Part shown: piece by piece, positions 27,116 through 42,535 of the stretch
Position numbering within the stretch: the stretch's first letter is position 1
How the letters are laid out: the number at the start of each line of letters is the position of its first letter
DNA from: Auanema rhodensis
Lineage: Eukaryota; Animalia; Nematoda
Direction of reading: 5' to 3'
DNA length: 64,000 nucleotides
Assembly (NCBI GenBank): GCA_964057225.1
Contig: OZ059899.1
Location: 13,020,001-13,084,000 of the forward strand
The notes under the pieces: generated by a model
The model's database searches: none
What the model was told of the DNA's origin: nothing
The model's input: the letters and a program-made list of their open reading frames with translations, nothing else
Made by a program: the position numbers and the translations under genes

Positions 27116-29321
27116 AAGAGCAATTAAGAGAGAAGGTAAAGAGTGGAGAGTGTAACATATCATGATCATCTTCAACATGATCACTAGTAGATGTTCAAAG
27201 ATGTTGGAACTTAAGCCTTTATAGCCGCCGATTGTCCACGTACAAACATATGTCCGTGTGTTCATGTATATCTCAGGAGCATGTCCCTGGTGTCCTCTTC
27301 TTTTCCTCTACCTCATAATAAAAAAATAGAATAGTCCTCCTTCTCATTTTCTCTCTCTCCCTCTTTCCTCCCTCTCTCCTCCCTCTCGTTTCCCTGTCTC
27401 TTCTCTAAAAATAGAAAGTCTATAAATAGCCTTACAGTTTGTTTTTTAATTTTCCAAAAAAAAAAGTGTAGGAAAACGCTTCCAAAAAAAAAGAAATTAT
27501 ATGAAGTAAATGCAAATAATACTAATAATAATATTAAAAATTAATATAAATGACTAAAAATCCTAAATATATAAACAAGAGATGGTATAGTTATGCTTTT
27601 AGTGCTTAAAATCGTACTCTTATCCTCATTTTCATTTCATTATAAACATGAAAAAGGAAGAATTTGAAGAACAAGAATATGTAAATACAATTTTTACAAA
27701 GTTCAAACAATCAATTGATGAAATGAACATTAGATTTCTATTGTTATTTTCTAGTAAAATAAGAGTATAATTTCTATATTTAGATTTAGATTTGTTAGTT
27801 TATCTTTTACTTTTTTTATTTGAATTTTGGCAGAAAAAAATTTATGAAAATATCATTCATTTGTCCTTTTTCTCTTATTTATATAATATAAGCTTCAGAG
27901 AAGTCGTCAACATTCTTCTAAGTATAATATATAGTATATAACATCTATTATGTGTAAATATGTGTGTAAATAGTTCGTTGTAGAACCTTTTTTTTTATAA
28001 ATTAAATTAATAAAAATTGAAATTTCATGATGAGATGATATAGCTTAAATAGATATAATCAGCTATATCAAAGCTTATTTGTATTGAAAGCTATTGCAAA
28101 AATTGTGTTGAAAGTAATATTAGTTTGAATTTGAAACCGACAATTCTCATCAAGAGGTCAAAGTTATGTCATGAAGCTTGTCTTGTCCTGAAGCTAGATG
28201 ATAAATATTTGAAATATATATATGATTCTATACTTATAAATATGGTATAATCAGCATTTTCTGCATATGTTCATTAGAAAATTCACCAAAATTCATATTA
28301 GAAGCTTTAGAAATGACACACATGCTTTAGAGAAGGGACAGACTAGTCGCAGCTTGCCACTGAATTAGTCTGAACATAAGGCACATTTGGCGAATTCAAT
28401 GTCTTTTTCAATAATTTTCAAAAATATTTTTTAAGAAAATTCAGTTTCATTTGAATAGATTTCAGAATAAATTATAAGATGGTCAAGCTGGACTGAACGA
28501 AAGAGAAAATTTCATCTGATACGCGGACGACAGCAGGAAAAACTCTGATTCTCGGACTTCTTCACTTGAGAGAAACGTAGGGAACAGTTATTCTAACATC
28601 TGTGATCTTAGATGATTTAAGTAATAATGTTTACTTTAACAATTCAATATACTGCTAATAGTACTGAAAATAGCTGATCAGAAGCATTTCCCTGATTGAA
28701 ATACGAGGTGATGTTACAACAAGTTCAAAAGTTATCAAGTTTTATTCAAAAATATTTTTGACGCTCTCTTACATTTACTTACTCTCTTTCTACCACATCT
28801 CGTGGATGAAAGAAAACAGGAAAATGGCATTTCTAAAGCATCAAACTCGACAAGCTTATCTGCCCCCCAACATGTTGCTGATCCTTTCGTCATTAGTGCC
28901 ATCTGTGTATGTGAATATGCTGGTATAGAAGGTGGTCTAACAACTTATGTAAAGCTACATGTAGACTTAGTACAAGCTATATACGCTAAACTTAAAACTT
29001 TAATATGACAACGATGACATAGTTGATAGGATATATAGAGGATGTTTAGGCAAAAGTTGTTATATTTCAAGTACAATAAGGATAAATAAATTTAAATTAT
29101 TTATTATTTTTAATAAAATACTTATAGAATATTTAAAAAAAAGAAAGGAAAAAAGAGTTTAAAGGACATAAAGATAACGATATTCTATATGAAGAAGAAG
29201 AAGAAGAAGAAGAAAATGTTATATAAATAGAAAAGAAGTGATCTAAAAGATCTATTATATGTATGTTTCACAACACTTATAAGAAAATACCCATATATAG
29301 TACTTTTACGAGAAGAGAGAA

Positions 29322-29424
<103 letters not shown>

Positions 29425-30372
29425 TAATGTATTTTTCAAGAACATATGTAATAAAATAAATAATAGTTCAAATGGAAGATTAATGAAAAAGCATAGTTTA
29501 CCAACCATTTTGCTTTATTACCTCTTACGCCAGACATCCCACATTCAAGTTCAACTATTCATTCTTTGAAAAGATGTGAGCTGAAGTAAAACAAAGGAAA
29601 GATTGCAAAACATTGTTTAGCTTCTAAACATGCTGAGGGAATGATTGAATGATATTAAATCAAGAAATAAACAACAAAAAAACAAGATAAATGTGAAAAA
29701 AAGAAAGAAAAACGCTGCGATAAGAGGATATTTGAACTATTATCACTTAAAGTTCTTTCGATTGCTGAAATGATGAGGCAATGGGGATTTCTTCAATCAG
29801 CTGTTATAATGTTCTTGAAAGATGTTAGAAAATAACAGTAAACTTGATATAGCTAAGATATATTCAAATAGTTTTAAACGATGTTTTTGACTTAAAAATA
29901 CTTGATGATAATGCAAACTAGGTGAAAGAAGGGATGAGAAGAAGAAGAAGTTTCTTTGATGTTGCTTTGTGTAAGAAGGACAATTTCGGTGTGAAGTCTT
30001 TTACGCCTCTGAAGAAGTTGTAAATGATAACTCTTTAAGAACAGAATAAGGGGAACAGACTCAACAAGAGAGAGAGAGAGAGAGAGAGAGAAAAGAAGAG
30101 AAATGCCATTGTGATGCACTGTGAGAGTAAGAGGGAGATAGAGAGAAAGAAAAGGAAAAAGAATTGCATATTTCTATAGTACATTCTACTGCAAAAAATC
30201 TTCCCAAGTGGAACAAATTAGATATTTCTACAAATTTCTTTAAGCTAAGAGCTTAAAGTTTTTATTTTAGATCGGTATATTTGACGAAATACATAAGATG
30301 TGGCAGACTATCTCCTGAAGGTATGAAGAAGCTTGTTTCAAGCTTTATGTTATCCCTCTCTCTCTGTATATA

Positions 30373-30431
<59 letters not shown>

Positions 30432-30792
30432 GCCTATTATAAGATGAACAAAGCTTGTATATGTATGTATATACATCTAGATATGTATGTATGAATATCT
30501 TTCTAACTATATACGTTATATGACGTAATATAATTGAACCTATACATATTATATATTATAGTTTTAATAATTGAATAAAAATACGATTTTTTTAAAAAAA
30601 AAGGAAAAAAACGGCATTTTATTCATTATAATACTGCCTTGTAAACATTTCTTTATTTTATTTGCAACATGTTTATGTCTTTGAGCAACAGTAGGAAGGG
30701 TGAGAATAAATGGAGAGAGAGAGAGAGATATAGAGATAGAGGGAGAGAGATAAGATAATAGAGAATAATATAGAAAGAGGTGGGGGATAAAC

Positions 30793-30860
<68 letters not shown>

Positions 30861-31422
30861 ATGACAAGCATTTTCTTCTCTTTTTTTTCCTTTCAAACTT
30901 GATACATACAACGAGGTTGTGCAGATATCAAATGCAAACTTAATTTAGTTTTTAGCTATGCAAAAAAGGGAAAAAGTTGGATGTTTAAACAAAAAAAAAA
31001 TAAAACTAGAAATTAAGTAATAGATCAATTTATTTTTTCCGCAGATTTGCAATTGTTGTTTAAAGGGTATACATATTGTCTTAAAGTTGCAATTTGTAAA
31101 ACTTCTTACAGTATTATTTCAAAATATTGAATTGTAATCATTTTTAATTTGGTCACATCGTTATATATATATATAGTATTTTCTCTAATTATATGATTAT
31201 ATGACTTTATTTCTGTGTAGAAGAGAAGATAAATATGAAATTTAATATAATGAACGTGTGATAAATTGAAAATATAAACGTTTGTTTCTTTATTTCTTAT
31301 ACTTTGATTTTACTTCCGCATTTCAAAAACTTTTGAATATTTGTTAAATTAGCCTTTCTAGCATTCAACACTTTTACTCTTTTAAGTTGAGATGAAAGCA
31401 TTGCCTCATTCATTTCTCTCCC

Positions 31423-31472
<50 letters not shown>

Positions 31473-34400
31473 CCTCCCCCCCCTCTCTCTCTCTCTCTCC
31501 ACCTCCCCCCCCCCCTCTCTCTCTCTCTCTTTCATATCTATAGAGGAAGTGAATCACAATCCTTAATAATTCATTTTTTTAATTTTGTTCTAATTACTAG
31601 AACGATAAGCTTAATATGTAGCTTGAACAGATGTGCCCATTTTGTGTTTAAAATAATCCATAACTTTCAAACAAAAAAAAAGAAGCTATAGATATACATA
31701 TATGTACATATGTATGTATATATACATGTATTTACAACATATTTGGCAAGAACTTCTTCTTCATCATCTTCTTTTCCCCCTCTCCTTCCTCTGTTTTTTT
31801 TTGAATTATGGGATAAGGATGCTAAAATTGGCAGAAGCTGAAGTGAAGACGAGAAAGTAAAAAAAAAATTTTTTTTTAAATTAAAGAAAAAACGAACGAA
31901 AGTCAAAAGAAATAGTTGGATCGGCTTTTCCGGGAACAAAAAAGAAGTTTAAACTAAGCACTGCTGGCTTGTAACAAATGATTGAGTGATAATCAACTAT
32001 GAATTGTCTGGTTGGTTCTATTAAGAAGTTCACTGATGGCGTAATCCTTGAGTTTTGAGCAAAATGGACATTGGCCTTCGCAGCTTATGATGATGATCAT
32101 CAATAAGGGCAAGTTAAGCATAATATACTTTTTTTTTATTCTAATAGATGGAATAAAACAGAAAAAAGAAAGATTAAAGAAGGAAATGCTGTCGTTTTGC
32201 ACTCAAACAGCCTATTACTGATATGAGGATGAAGTAAAAGTGAGAAATAAAAGAAAATTAATTGGAAATAGTCATGTGTGGTGCTTAAAACCAGTGAAGA
32301 TTTGGACCATATAAGCATTTAGAAGAAATAGGCTTGACATATAGGAAGTGGCAAGAAAGAAGAACAGAAGTAGAGTCATGAAGAAGGATGGATTGAAGCG
32401 GAGAGCCGGAAGGAATTCAACCGTCACCTACGTCTGCATAATGTGTAAATAATGCTGAAATGCTTACGTATTGCTATTCACGTGAATTATTTCAATGCGT
32501 AAACTTGAACCCAAAAATATTCTAATGAACTAAAGGGAATTCTATTGAAAATGAAATAAAGATGATCGATGACGTCATTCTTATTTATCAAGATTTTGTG
32601 TCCACTGAGATTAATTTTAAAAAAATGTTTTTTTTTAGATGAACTTTGCTGCTAAGAAATGGCCAAAACTAATAAGAAGTGGGAAAGTATTAGATAATGA
32701 GTGCGAGATGAAGAAAAAGGAAAAAGATAGAGAGAGAGAGAGAAACGGGGAGAGATAGAGAGAGAGCAAGGGAGAGAGATAGAGAGAAAGGTAGTTGTAA
32801 AGTTCTATGTCAAAGGAAAAGAAATAAAAAAAAGAGAGGAGAATGCTGTAGGTCAATCATCTAATGTCTAAAATAAGTTAAAAGTCATGACTTTCTTATA
32901 TGTTTCTTCATGCATCGACTGCTTAAATTTAGATACATATTCAGAAAGTTCAGAATAGGTTGACAAAGAATTTAAGAAGTAAAAAAGAAAATTTTAGGTA
33001 AACAGGGAGGGGGGGGGGTAATTGAGAGTGTGTTAGGGAGATGGAGAGAAAGGTGAAAATGAATATAGGAGAAGAGAAACAAACAGCTAAAAGCATTGTT
33101 TAGCTAGCTGAAAAGACGGGGAGAAACAGATAAAGAATGTGATTTTAATAGGAAAAGAGCAAAATATGGCCAATTTGTCAAGAAAAATAGAAATTTAATA
33201 ATCTTACATATTCTGACAGTTTCAAGATATCACCATAGATACATTGACATCGACGCTAAGCCTAAAAACATCTTGTTTCACTTTGTATGTATTAAGTAGA
33301 AAACTGAGAAGTATTAAGCTTGAAAGATATATAAATAGAGAGAGAGAGGGGGAGAGAGAGAGAGAGAGAGAGAGGGGGGAGAGAGAGATAAAGAGAGAGT
33401 GTGGTTTTTAAAATGAATAATAGAAAATTTGTATAATGAAAACATATTGGAAATATATGCTGCTAATCACCCATATATGAAAAAAATGAAAAGGTTGGAA
33501 TATGGATGTAGCAATAGATGATAATAGAAGATGATGATGGTAAAGTGATATTTGAATAGATGTTCATGACGATAACTACTAGATAGCTAGACAGGTAAAC
33601 AAGCTATATGGATTATATAAACATAGTATATGATGAAGGAAAAACTTTTTTTTTTGCTCACTCTCAGCCTTTTTTCTCTTTCTCTCTCTCAACCTCTCAA
33701 CCTCTTTATCTCTCTCTATCTCTCTCTCTCTCTCTATCTCGCAACTTCCCTCTTTTGCGATCTCTGTAATCGGATGATGACGGCTGAAACAAGCGGCTCA
33801 TTCTAATGGCACATTCGATGCTCAATGAAAGCGATTTGAATGTTTCGGAGAGTGTGAAGAAGAAGATGAAACAACGACGACTAGATGAACTAAGAAGAAT
33901 AGTCAGAGAGATCACAATCATATGGAGGGTAGCAGAAGCTGAAGCTATAGCATACTATGTGTACTCCATATATACATGAAGAGCATGTGCTTATGTATCT
34001 GACGTGGCCAACATTCCGGAAGTAGGATTGTCATGCTTCATGTATGGTCTGTCATTCTCTGATCAGAAAAAAAAAGTTAAAATAGCCAAGGGAATTCTTT
34101 TTATGGTGCAGCCAATGATCCAAGAATTAGCCTTAGATGAAAGATTAAAGACTCATTTGTTGCTGGAAGAGCTTGAGATCAATCTAGGTGTGTGTGTGTG
34201 TATGTGTGTGTATGTGTGACACAAAGGAGATGAGGTGGAAACAGTGAATGTGGTGGTAAAGCTGTAACAATGAGAGAAATAACACAACAGCCAGAAAAGG
34301 ATGAAACGTAAAATCTGCTGAAATTCATGAGAGTGTCTATGTATGAAATGGAATGAAAATAATAGTTTTTGAATAACGAATGAGATAAAAGGATTATTTC

Positions 34401-34756
34401 ATTGTATCATCTTTAACTTCTAATTCTAATAGTTATAGTTTAATCACATATTCTATATGTATCATCTATCATTGAATAAGCTTTTCCTTCTCTTTCTCAA
34501 TCTCAATCTTTTTCTTTTTAAATTTATTTGATTTGACAAATATTTATATAATTAAATTTCAAAATTTGATTAATAGAATATCTATTATACTATATCTATA
34601 ACAAGCTTAAGTCTATACCCCCTTGTCAGGATAATCAAACTATTTGTGAAATTTCATATCCTTCATCTTACAAAAGCTTTTGTCTACTCTTATCATAAGT
34701 TTGAATGAAGATTGAACGCTTTTTCATTATCAATTTGTGTTATATATGATAGGAGT

Positions 34757-35316
34757 AGTAGTATATAAAGTGTTGACACTGCTACACCTTTTTGCCCAAA
34801 AGCGGTTTTTGCCCTTTTTTTTTGATTTTGTAAAATTGATTTTCAATAAAAATGTGTCTTAACTAATCAAATATCCATCATTTTTGAAAAATGACCGAAT
34901 ATGATTGACAATCACCAGTTAGGAGTTAAACCTGCGCTCTTTTACTTCCTAGTCTAGCCTTACTAATATGACAACTTTGCAATATTAATCCACAAGGTTG
35001 TCGAATGTTTTGCCATTTTGATTTCACTCCTTACATTGCCTCTCTTGCAACCTCATTTTCTTCTCGTTTTGCAGTAGACTGATCTGACATTCATTTTTGT
35101 ATTTTTTCAGGTTTGAAATAGTAAAAAGCGTGAGTCCCCGGCAAGTGGGAAGAATGGGAAATCTCGTGCGCCCATAATTCTTGCTCGTTTTTTAAAAATG
35201 ATGGTTTTTTGATTAGTTAAGACACTTTTTTTATTGTAAATCAACATTAAAATAGTCAAAAAAAGGTGTAAAAATCACTTTCAATGTGCGCCAGTTTTAA
35301 CATTTTATATGCTACT
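34757..35316. mobile_element. Non-autonomous DNA transposon (~560 bp) with long imperfect TIRs
   Basis: About 135 bp at the left (AGTAGTATATAAAGTGTT...GTGTCTTAACTAATCAAATATCCATCATTTTTGAAAAA) match the reverse complement of the right end (TTTTTAAAAATGATGGTTTTTTGATTAGTTAAGACAC...AACATTTTATATGCTACT). No transposase ORF. Confidence 0.8.
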
Positions 35317-35924
35317 GACAGGAAATGGTTGGGAAAATTGACTTAAATTCAAAGCCAACATTCCAAGTATAGGCTTTAAGTGAAGTGAATATCAAGAATT
35401 TTTAACAAAAACGGATATTTCTATATACTATATATGTATATCCAATACTATGCTAACTATAACTAGTTAAAATTTCTCAACTAGCAGGCGATACTCACTA
35501 TTCTCATGATTAAACTTTGGTTATATCTGTAGAACTGATTTCATATATTCTGGATTTAGTGCCATGATGAGCACCAGAAGATGAGCTTATCGTCACATTA
35601 CTTCGGTATGGTGAGCAAGAGCTCAGACAAATAACATGTGCAACTCACAATGCCTTTAACAAAGTTTTTCGAAACGGCCAATTGGCGACGAAAGGAAACA
35701 AAGATAGGCGATAGATGAAGTCAAAAATGCGTTTCTTGTTCCAAAGACGAGACGGATGCAACTCATTTTTCCTTTACGCTTTTTGAGCAATGAATGAGTG
35801 ACTATAACGGAGAGAATGGCGTGGGTATTCTATATATAGGAAACGACTTAAAAAACTTTTTTTTTCTTTGAGGAAGATGGGGGGGGGGAGAGGGGAAGAG
35901 AGTTGTTGAAAGAAAACGGATAGA

Positions 35925-35977
<53 letters not shown>

Positions 35978-36862
35978 GAATGTAATGGAGAAAAATACCA
36001 GAATATGAATAGATTATGAGCAAATGCTAACACAACCGTTTTGTGAAACTGAAGATCAAAAAATAAAAATACACGTGATAGCAGAATGAAGGTTGGCAGA
36101 ATGCCATTCCAAAAGAGGGAGGAGGGATGGAAGTAAGCCTAGGTGAACTGAAAATTAGGTAAAATTTGGAAATTTTCTATTATCTATTATATTAACATAT
36201 ATGATATAATCTAATCTATTAATCAATTATATAGAAATGAAATAAATTATTAAACAGCTATATTGCTCTATAGCATGATAAAACATTCTAATTTTTGTAC
36301 TTCATAAGCAAAAAAAAATTACAAATGAGGGGGCGGATAGAAGAGAAAAGGAAGGGTGGCAAAGGGAGTTGATGATAAATAATAAGAAAATATAAGATTA
36401 AAAGGATGTAAGATCTTTATAATCATAACAGTTAATTATAAATTTATAAATTGAGAAAGGAAATGAATTAGATGAAAAGTACAACAAAGAATTCAATTGA
36501 AAACGAATCAAAATGTTTCAAATATACTGGAAGAAGGAAGAAAATCTTAGAGTTCAGAGAAATCGGCTCAGAACAGGCAAAAACCTTGAATACGTGAGTC
36601 AAAAGATCCATATTCAGATCTAAATGGTCAGATTCATTTGAGAGAACAAAGGATAACTTAATTAGTTGGTTATTTTCAGAATAATTTTCAATCTAATTTT
36701 ATATTTTCATTGAATATCATAGGACATATTCGACGGTAAGACTGAAGAAGTAGAATCTTTTATCAAAGAAAAGAATGGAAAGAAGTATGAGATGTATTTG
36801 AGATGTCACATCTAATACGAAATTATATTCTCTCTCAATCTCTCCACCTCCCTCCCTCTCTC

Positions 36863-36909
<47 letters not shown>

Positions 36910-37387
36910 ATTGGAATGTGTGAAAAAATATGAAAGCAAGAGAGGTAAATCAACGAGCAGAATAAGATAGAGAGAGAGGTGAAGAGATAGAGAGAGAGAA
37001 AGAATATGATGGAAGATAGAGCTTGGAGTTTGATAGAGTAGGAGTGAAATGTGTTTGAGTAAAAAGAATTCAGAGAGAAATACTTTAAGGATGACATGTT
37101 GACACTCAGGTTTTCAACAAACATAACATGTCTATAACATTATATAAAGAAACAAATTAAAAGCTTGTTATTAGACATGAAAACAGCTACTGTATGAGAA
37201 ATTACAAACATTGTTTTGAGAATATAATAATTTTTTTGTCATTATGAATATAAGATATATGAGCTAAGGCTCACTCACTCATTCCTTTATTCACGTACTC
37301 ACTCACTCACTCACTCACTTACAGAGAGAAGGATATAGAAAAGGCATAGAGAATCCTAACACAACCAACCATCATCGTCAACGACCG

Positions 37388-37439
<52 letters not shown>

Positions 37440-38199
37440 GTTTTTATATCTGTTTTTGAAAAGGAAGAGTTCATCATCATCAAGAGCTCTTCCAAAAGAT
37501 ATTTTGTCCCCTAAAGCAAACGTAGTTTCAGAGATTTAATCACAGAGAAGAATATTTCCAATGGCTACTCCGTATTTGGCTGCCGGCTATGTACATGAAT
37601 GAATTTTCAAAGAAAAATAATCGTCTATTGCATCTCATTCCACACATACACACAGATAGATGGATACTATGTATACTCACATATACAGATATTCTAACCT
37701 CCCTCTATCTATCAATTTTAAATTAACTAAAGATTTTCTTCATTTTCATATTAGATAATGACGTCGATGGCCAAGGAAGTAGCCTGCCATCTATTTAGTA
37801 CTACTGCTTCTGCTACTGGTGGTAGCGGCTACTCGCCTACTGATGCTGCTGATACGGCCAGCAAATGTTTTGGTGCAGAACTTGAAACTCAAAATTTGAC
37901 AAGGTGGAAGTCTTCTCTCAAATATCAGCATAATTGAAAAGCTTGATTGAGAAGCTCATAGCTCATGTGTAGATTGCAAAAGTAATTTGCCTTTTCAGTT
38001 CAGAGAGGATCATTGACAATGTTTTTTGATTTAGTATTTACATGAACAATTATCTACCTTATAAACTAGCTTATTTCAAAAGTTTAAAAGATTAATATAT
38101 CCTTATATTGATATAACATCCACTAATTCTATACTTATGATTGAAACCATAATGTTACTTCAGAATTATAAAAGGAAAAATAAGAAAATACTAACATCT

Positions 38200-38283
<84 letters not shown>

Positions 38284-39393
38284 TTCTCTCTCCCTCTCTC
38301 TCTCTCTTCTCTCTCTTCTCTTTTTTTTCTCTCTCTCTCACGTAAATATGAAGAAATAAGTTTTCTTTCTCTTCAGTATTCAACAAGCCTATTCTTTTCT
38401 TTATTTCGCTGTTCTTTTTTTCTTCTTATCTTATACTGCTAACAACATTTTACCATAGTCAGTTTAGATCAAATCTTTCAGCCGGTAATGTTAAAGAAAA
38501 AAAGTTTTTTCAAGTGGAAAAAAGCTTTGAAAAGGAAAAAACCCGGACACAAAGTCTAGAAAAGAAAAACCTTCAGAGCATGACTTTGCCTTCACTTAGA
38601 CAACTTAAAATCAAAAGGATTCCGCAGTCGGACATCATAATCGTGTAAACGGATGATTGACGTGAATAACCAAAAATCAGAACTCTCATCTGGGCTCATC
38701 GAAGATTTCAAACGAATCAAAATCCTTTTTTTTTCATTTTAAACGATAAGTTATATGTAGAGCTTCATTCGTTTTGTGATATGTTCAAGTAAGAGATCGT
38801 TCAGTCATGTTAAGTCAAGTTAAGAAAGCATTTGCTATATATCCGCACTCCATGTTTCAGTTTTTGCTCTGAAACACCAGATTGTTCAACTTTGACTTGT
38901 TCACTCAGTTCATTCATGTCATTTAAGAGTATTCTTAGATCTATTTTACTGTAACTCCAAAGTATTTTTGGTAACAACTTATTCCACTTGTCAATTCAAA
39001 AGAAGTATACAGCCTCTAAGCAATCAAAGACTTGCGGCTGTCAGAATCATGAAGTACAAGCATTTGGAGAACTGGAAAACTGCTTCATTGCCACATAACT
39101 ACATGGGAAATGAGTTGAAGCATTATTTTATTTAAAAAAAGGAAAAATAAAGGCGAATTCTGATAAGTCTGCAGCAATCTACAATACAATTATGAAAAGG
39201 CATGTTACAAAATTAATAAATTAATGCACAATACTAGAAATAAATAAATAACAAGTTGAATAATATAAACAACACTACCCAGTTTCAACCGATTATCACA
39301 AATTACAGCACATCCTTTTGCACCTTAAATCATTGCCGATTATGAATATATAGCATGTGTTAATTTTTTTTTCTTATATAGATCAAGCTCATT

Positions 39394-41916
39394 CTAATCT
39401 TTCTTCAATTTTGGCACATTCACAAATTCCTCTCCATTAAGGAAAATGAACATAACGCAGAATACGAATACAAGAAGCCAAAACAATGTGGCCGAAATGT
39501 TTTCTGAAAGAAAATTTTTGGATTGCAGACGATGTTTGAAGCTTGTAATTGCTGTATACCTGCTACTAAAACGCAGAGAACGGTCATAGCCATGGCAAAC
39601 AAGGCAGCCAACAAAGCTAATCCATTCTGATCCAGAGCAATTAGGGTTGTTTCGAGTGTTGAAGGCAAGTTACTAGGATCAACAACAAAATTTCCAAGGA
39701 AGAGATCAATGGCATCCTGAAATATCAATTCTTCTAATTAGATGATTGCAGATAGAAAGCTTTTTTACCTGTCGGTATCCATCTGCAAAATTGTTTCTGA
39801 AGTAACGAGTAATTGCATTCACTCCGTCATTTAATGCTCCTTGATAGGTTCTTTTGCCCAACCTTGTGAAATCCGCCTAGATAATTGATGATCTATGAAA
39901 TCGGAAGATTTTGCACAAACCTTTAGAGCTCCAGTTCCAGCATATTGTCTACTGCATTCGTCTCCATTATCAGCCCACACTTTAAAATAAACAATATGTA
40001 AAAGCTAATTAAGGACACTTACAGTTCTTAAAGGAAGCTTCCAAGTTATCGATAAGTTCGACCTTTTGACCAGGATACATGATACCCAAAACTTGAAGCT
40101 GGTCCGTTAAAGATTCCCGAGCAAGCATACATTGAATAACATTGGTTCTAAATATAATATCTTAATGTGATCTTCTCATAAAGTGTCAAAACCTATCCAA
40201 GCAATCCATGCAATTGGTTCTGAAAAATCCTGTTTGGCCTCGACTGAATTCATGATCACTCAAGGAAGATGCAAAGAATCTAAAATTTTAATTCAAGGAA
40301 TTCACTTAACACACTGCCAATCATACCCAAATTCATTGATTTCGGCTCGAAGCTGTTCTTTAAGAATTGAAACACGTTCCCATTGCATGGCTTTGCATTC
40401 TTTGTGGAAATCGAAAGGATTATACCGAACAAATGACAAATTGGCTTGTTGGCACACACGCTCTAATTCACTACCAATGCGCTTCTCACGTCCTTTAGTG
40501 TTAATCAAGCTGACAATGACCTTAACAAGAACAATATTAAGTTCTTATAAATACAGAATAACATACATGTTTTCCTCCATATTGCTTTCTTTGATTTTCA
40601 AAATGTCTCACGTAAGCTTGAAGTTGATCATCATAAGGCTTCATGAATGGAGTAGGTTGCCATTTCAAGTTTGGTTTTTGAGACCAAAACAAAGGAATTG
40701 ATCCTCTTGTCTAAAAATGAAAATTCAGATATTAAAACTTCAAAAACCAAGAATAACCTGTAGGAAAGAAGTCAATTTCCTGTCATTATCTTTGTACATT
40801 TCAACAATTTGTTCGGTTTCAACATAATTAGCAGGATTTCCATCAGGACTTACACCTCTTTTGTAAAAACGAACTCCAGCTCTAAATGCGAAAGTGTCAT
40901 AAGCATGGAATTTAGATTACAGTACCTATGCACACTTCTTCTCGAAATTAAGATGACTTTGAAATCTTGACCATTAAGATTATCAGCAAATTCGCCATAA
41001 AATCCATGAATTACTGGGAGGCAGTAGCGAGCAGTCTGTAAAAATACTAATATATTCAAAGTAATTTCCAAAAAGCATACCCCATTAACAGATCTGATCA
41101 AAGATAAAAGGTGATTGTTCCATACAAATCGCTCATCCGACTAAAATATTGAATTAAATTCAAATTAAAACATGAAACATACTCTGTCAATCATGCTTCT
41201 TAAACGAAATTCTGGTGATGTATTTTCACTCAACCATTGTAAAGAACGAGATAAGTCTAAGCTTTGAGAAAAGTAAAAACCACCAGTTGAAAGTACAGTT
41301 TGAATCATTTCAGTAAAGAGACGATTATACCAAATCTATTAAAATAGTTAGGAAAACATACTTGTTTCTAATATCAAACCTGTTTTTCAGTAAGATGGAG
41401 AAGAGTTTTCTTGAACGGAATGACTTCAGTTTCAGTTATTGTCCAAATATTATGTCCATTGAAGGAACCTACTTGCTTAGCTTTTTTTATGACAATTAAT
41501 GCCATTCCTATAATATTGTTGATGAGGATATATGAATACGTTATGAGTGTGAGATACCAGAAACAAGCTGTATAGTTCCTAAAACTCCATGTATTAAATG
41601 CAGATCTGTCTGAGCGAGAGGTATTCTATTAACATTGGCATCTGAAGTTATACAATTTTTAAAATTTGCACATAAAAATAACCTTACCTCCTAGCTTCAC
41701 AGTATTATAATGTCTATCAATTTCAACATAGGAGGATGATAGCAAGCCACCTTCCCGATCCCTTGGTTCCAAATAGAACTTTTCGGAATTTATATATCTG
41801 AAGCACAAATAAACAAAAAATGATAATAGAGATTAAGTAATTAATAACAAGCAAAAACAAACAACTTACAGATTGAAACTTTCGTATATATCGGAGTTGA
41901 AAGGCTCTTGAGCCAT
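39394..41916 (-). CDS. sac-1: SAC1 phosphatidylinositol-4-phosphate phosphatase
   Basis: [37 protein letters not shown], catalytic CX5R motif [23 protein letters not shown]-terminal TM segments and a di-lysine tail (..PKLKKD*). Confidence 0.95.
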
Positions 41917-42535
41917 TATATTCTGAAAGAATAACTTATGTCAACCAAAGATACAACAAGACAATAAATTAAATCGAATTAGTGAAATGTCCGTAATAAT
42001 CGTGAGAGTATGTTACTAGAAACTGTCAAATAAAAATTGACAGCGACAATTGTATATTTGCATTGTAAACATTGTAGAACCAACACATTCCAAAGGCAAT
42101 ATATATAAAGTTTCAAAGGATGAAAATGACGTTTAACATTACATTGTGAGCTAAATTAGTTTTTTCTTAAGCATTTCACAAAACAATGTAATTTTAACTT
42201 GAATATTTCATAGCCACACCATGAACAACCGACGCGTACGTCAAACACACCAAAAATACGTCATTCTTGAAATTCAAATAAATTTTACATGCTTTTCAAA
42301 AATTTACTTTTTTATGTTGAACCATATCAAATCATCGGATATATTAGTAGTAGAATATTATTCGAGTTCAAAACTGAAATAATTGATAAAACTATATCAG
42401 TTAATCATAAAATCAATAGAAATTAAAAAAGCTTATCACATAACTTATCGCTGTCTCTACACACAATTGTATACAGATTCTCTTTTTCTTATATCATATT
42501 ATGTAGTTATTATCGAAATGTTTCTTTTTAGATTT

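Noticed and set aside
37778-37834. Hairpin as a possible miRNA precursor
   Set aside because: It has a short stem with a large, poorly paired interior and matches no miRNA I recognise.
40183-40701. 172-aa plus-strand ORF
   Set aside because: It is the antisense shadow of sac-1 exons.
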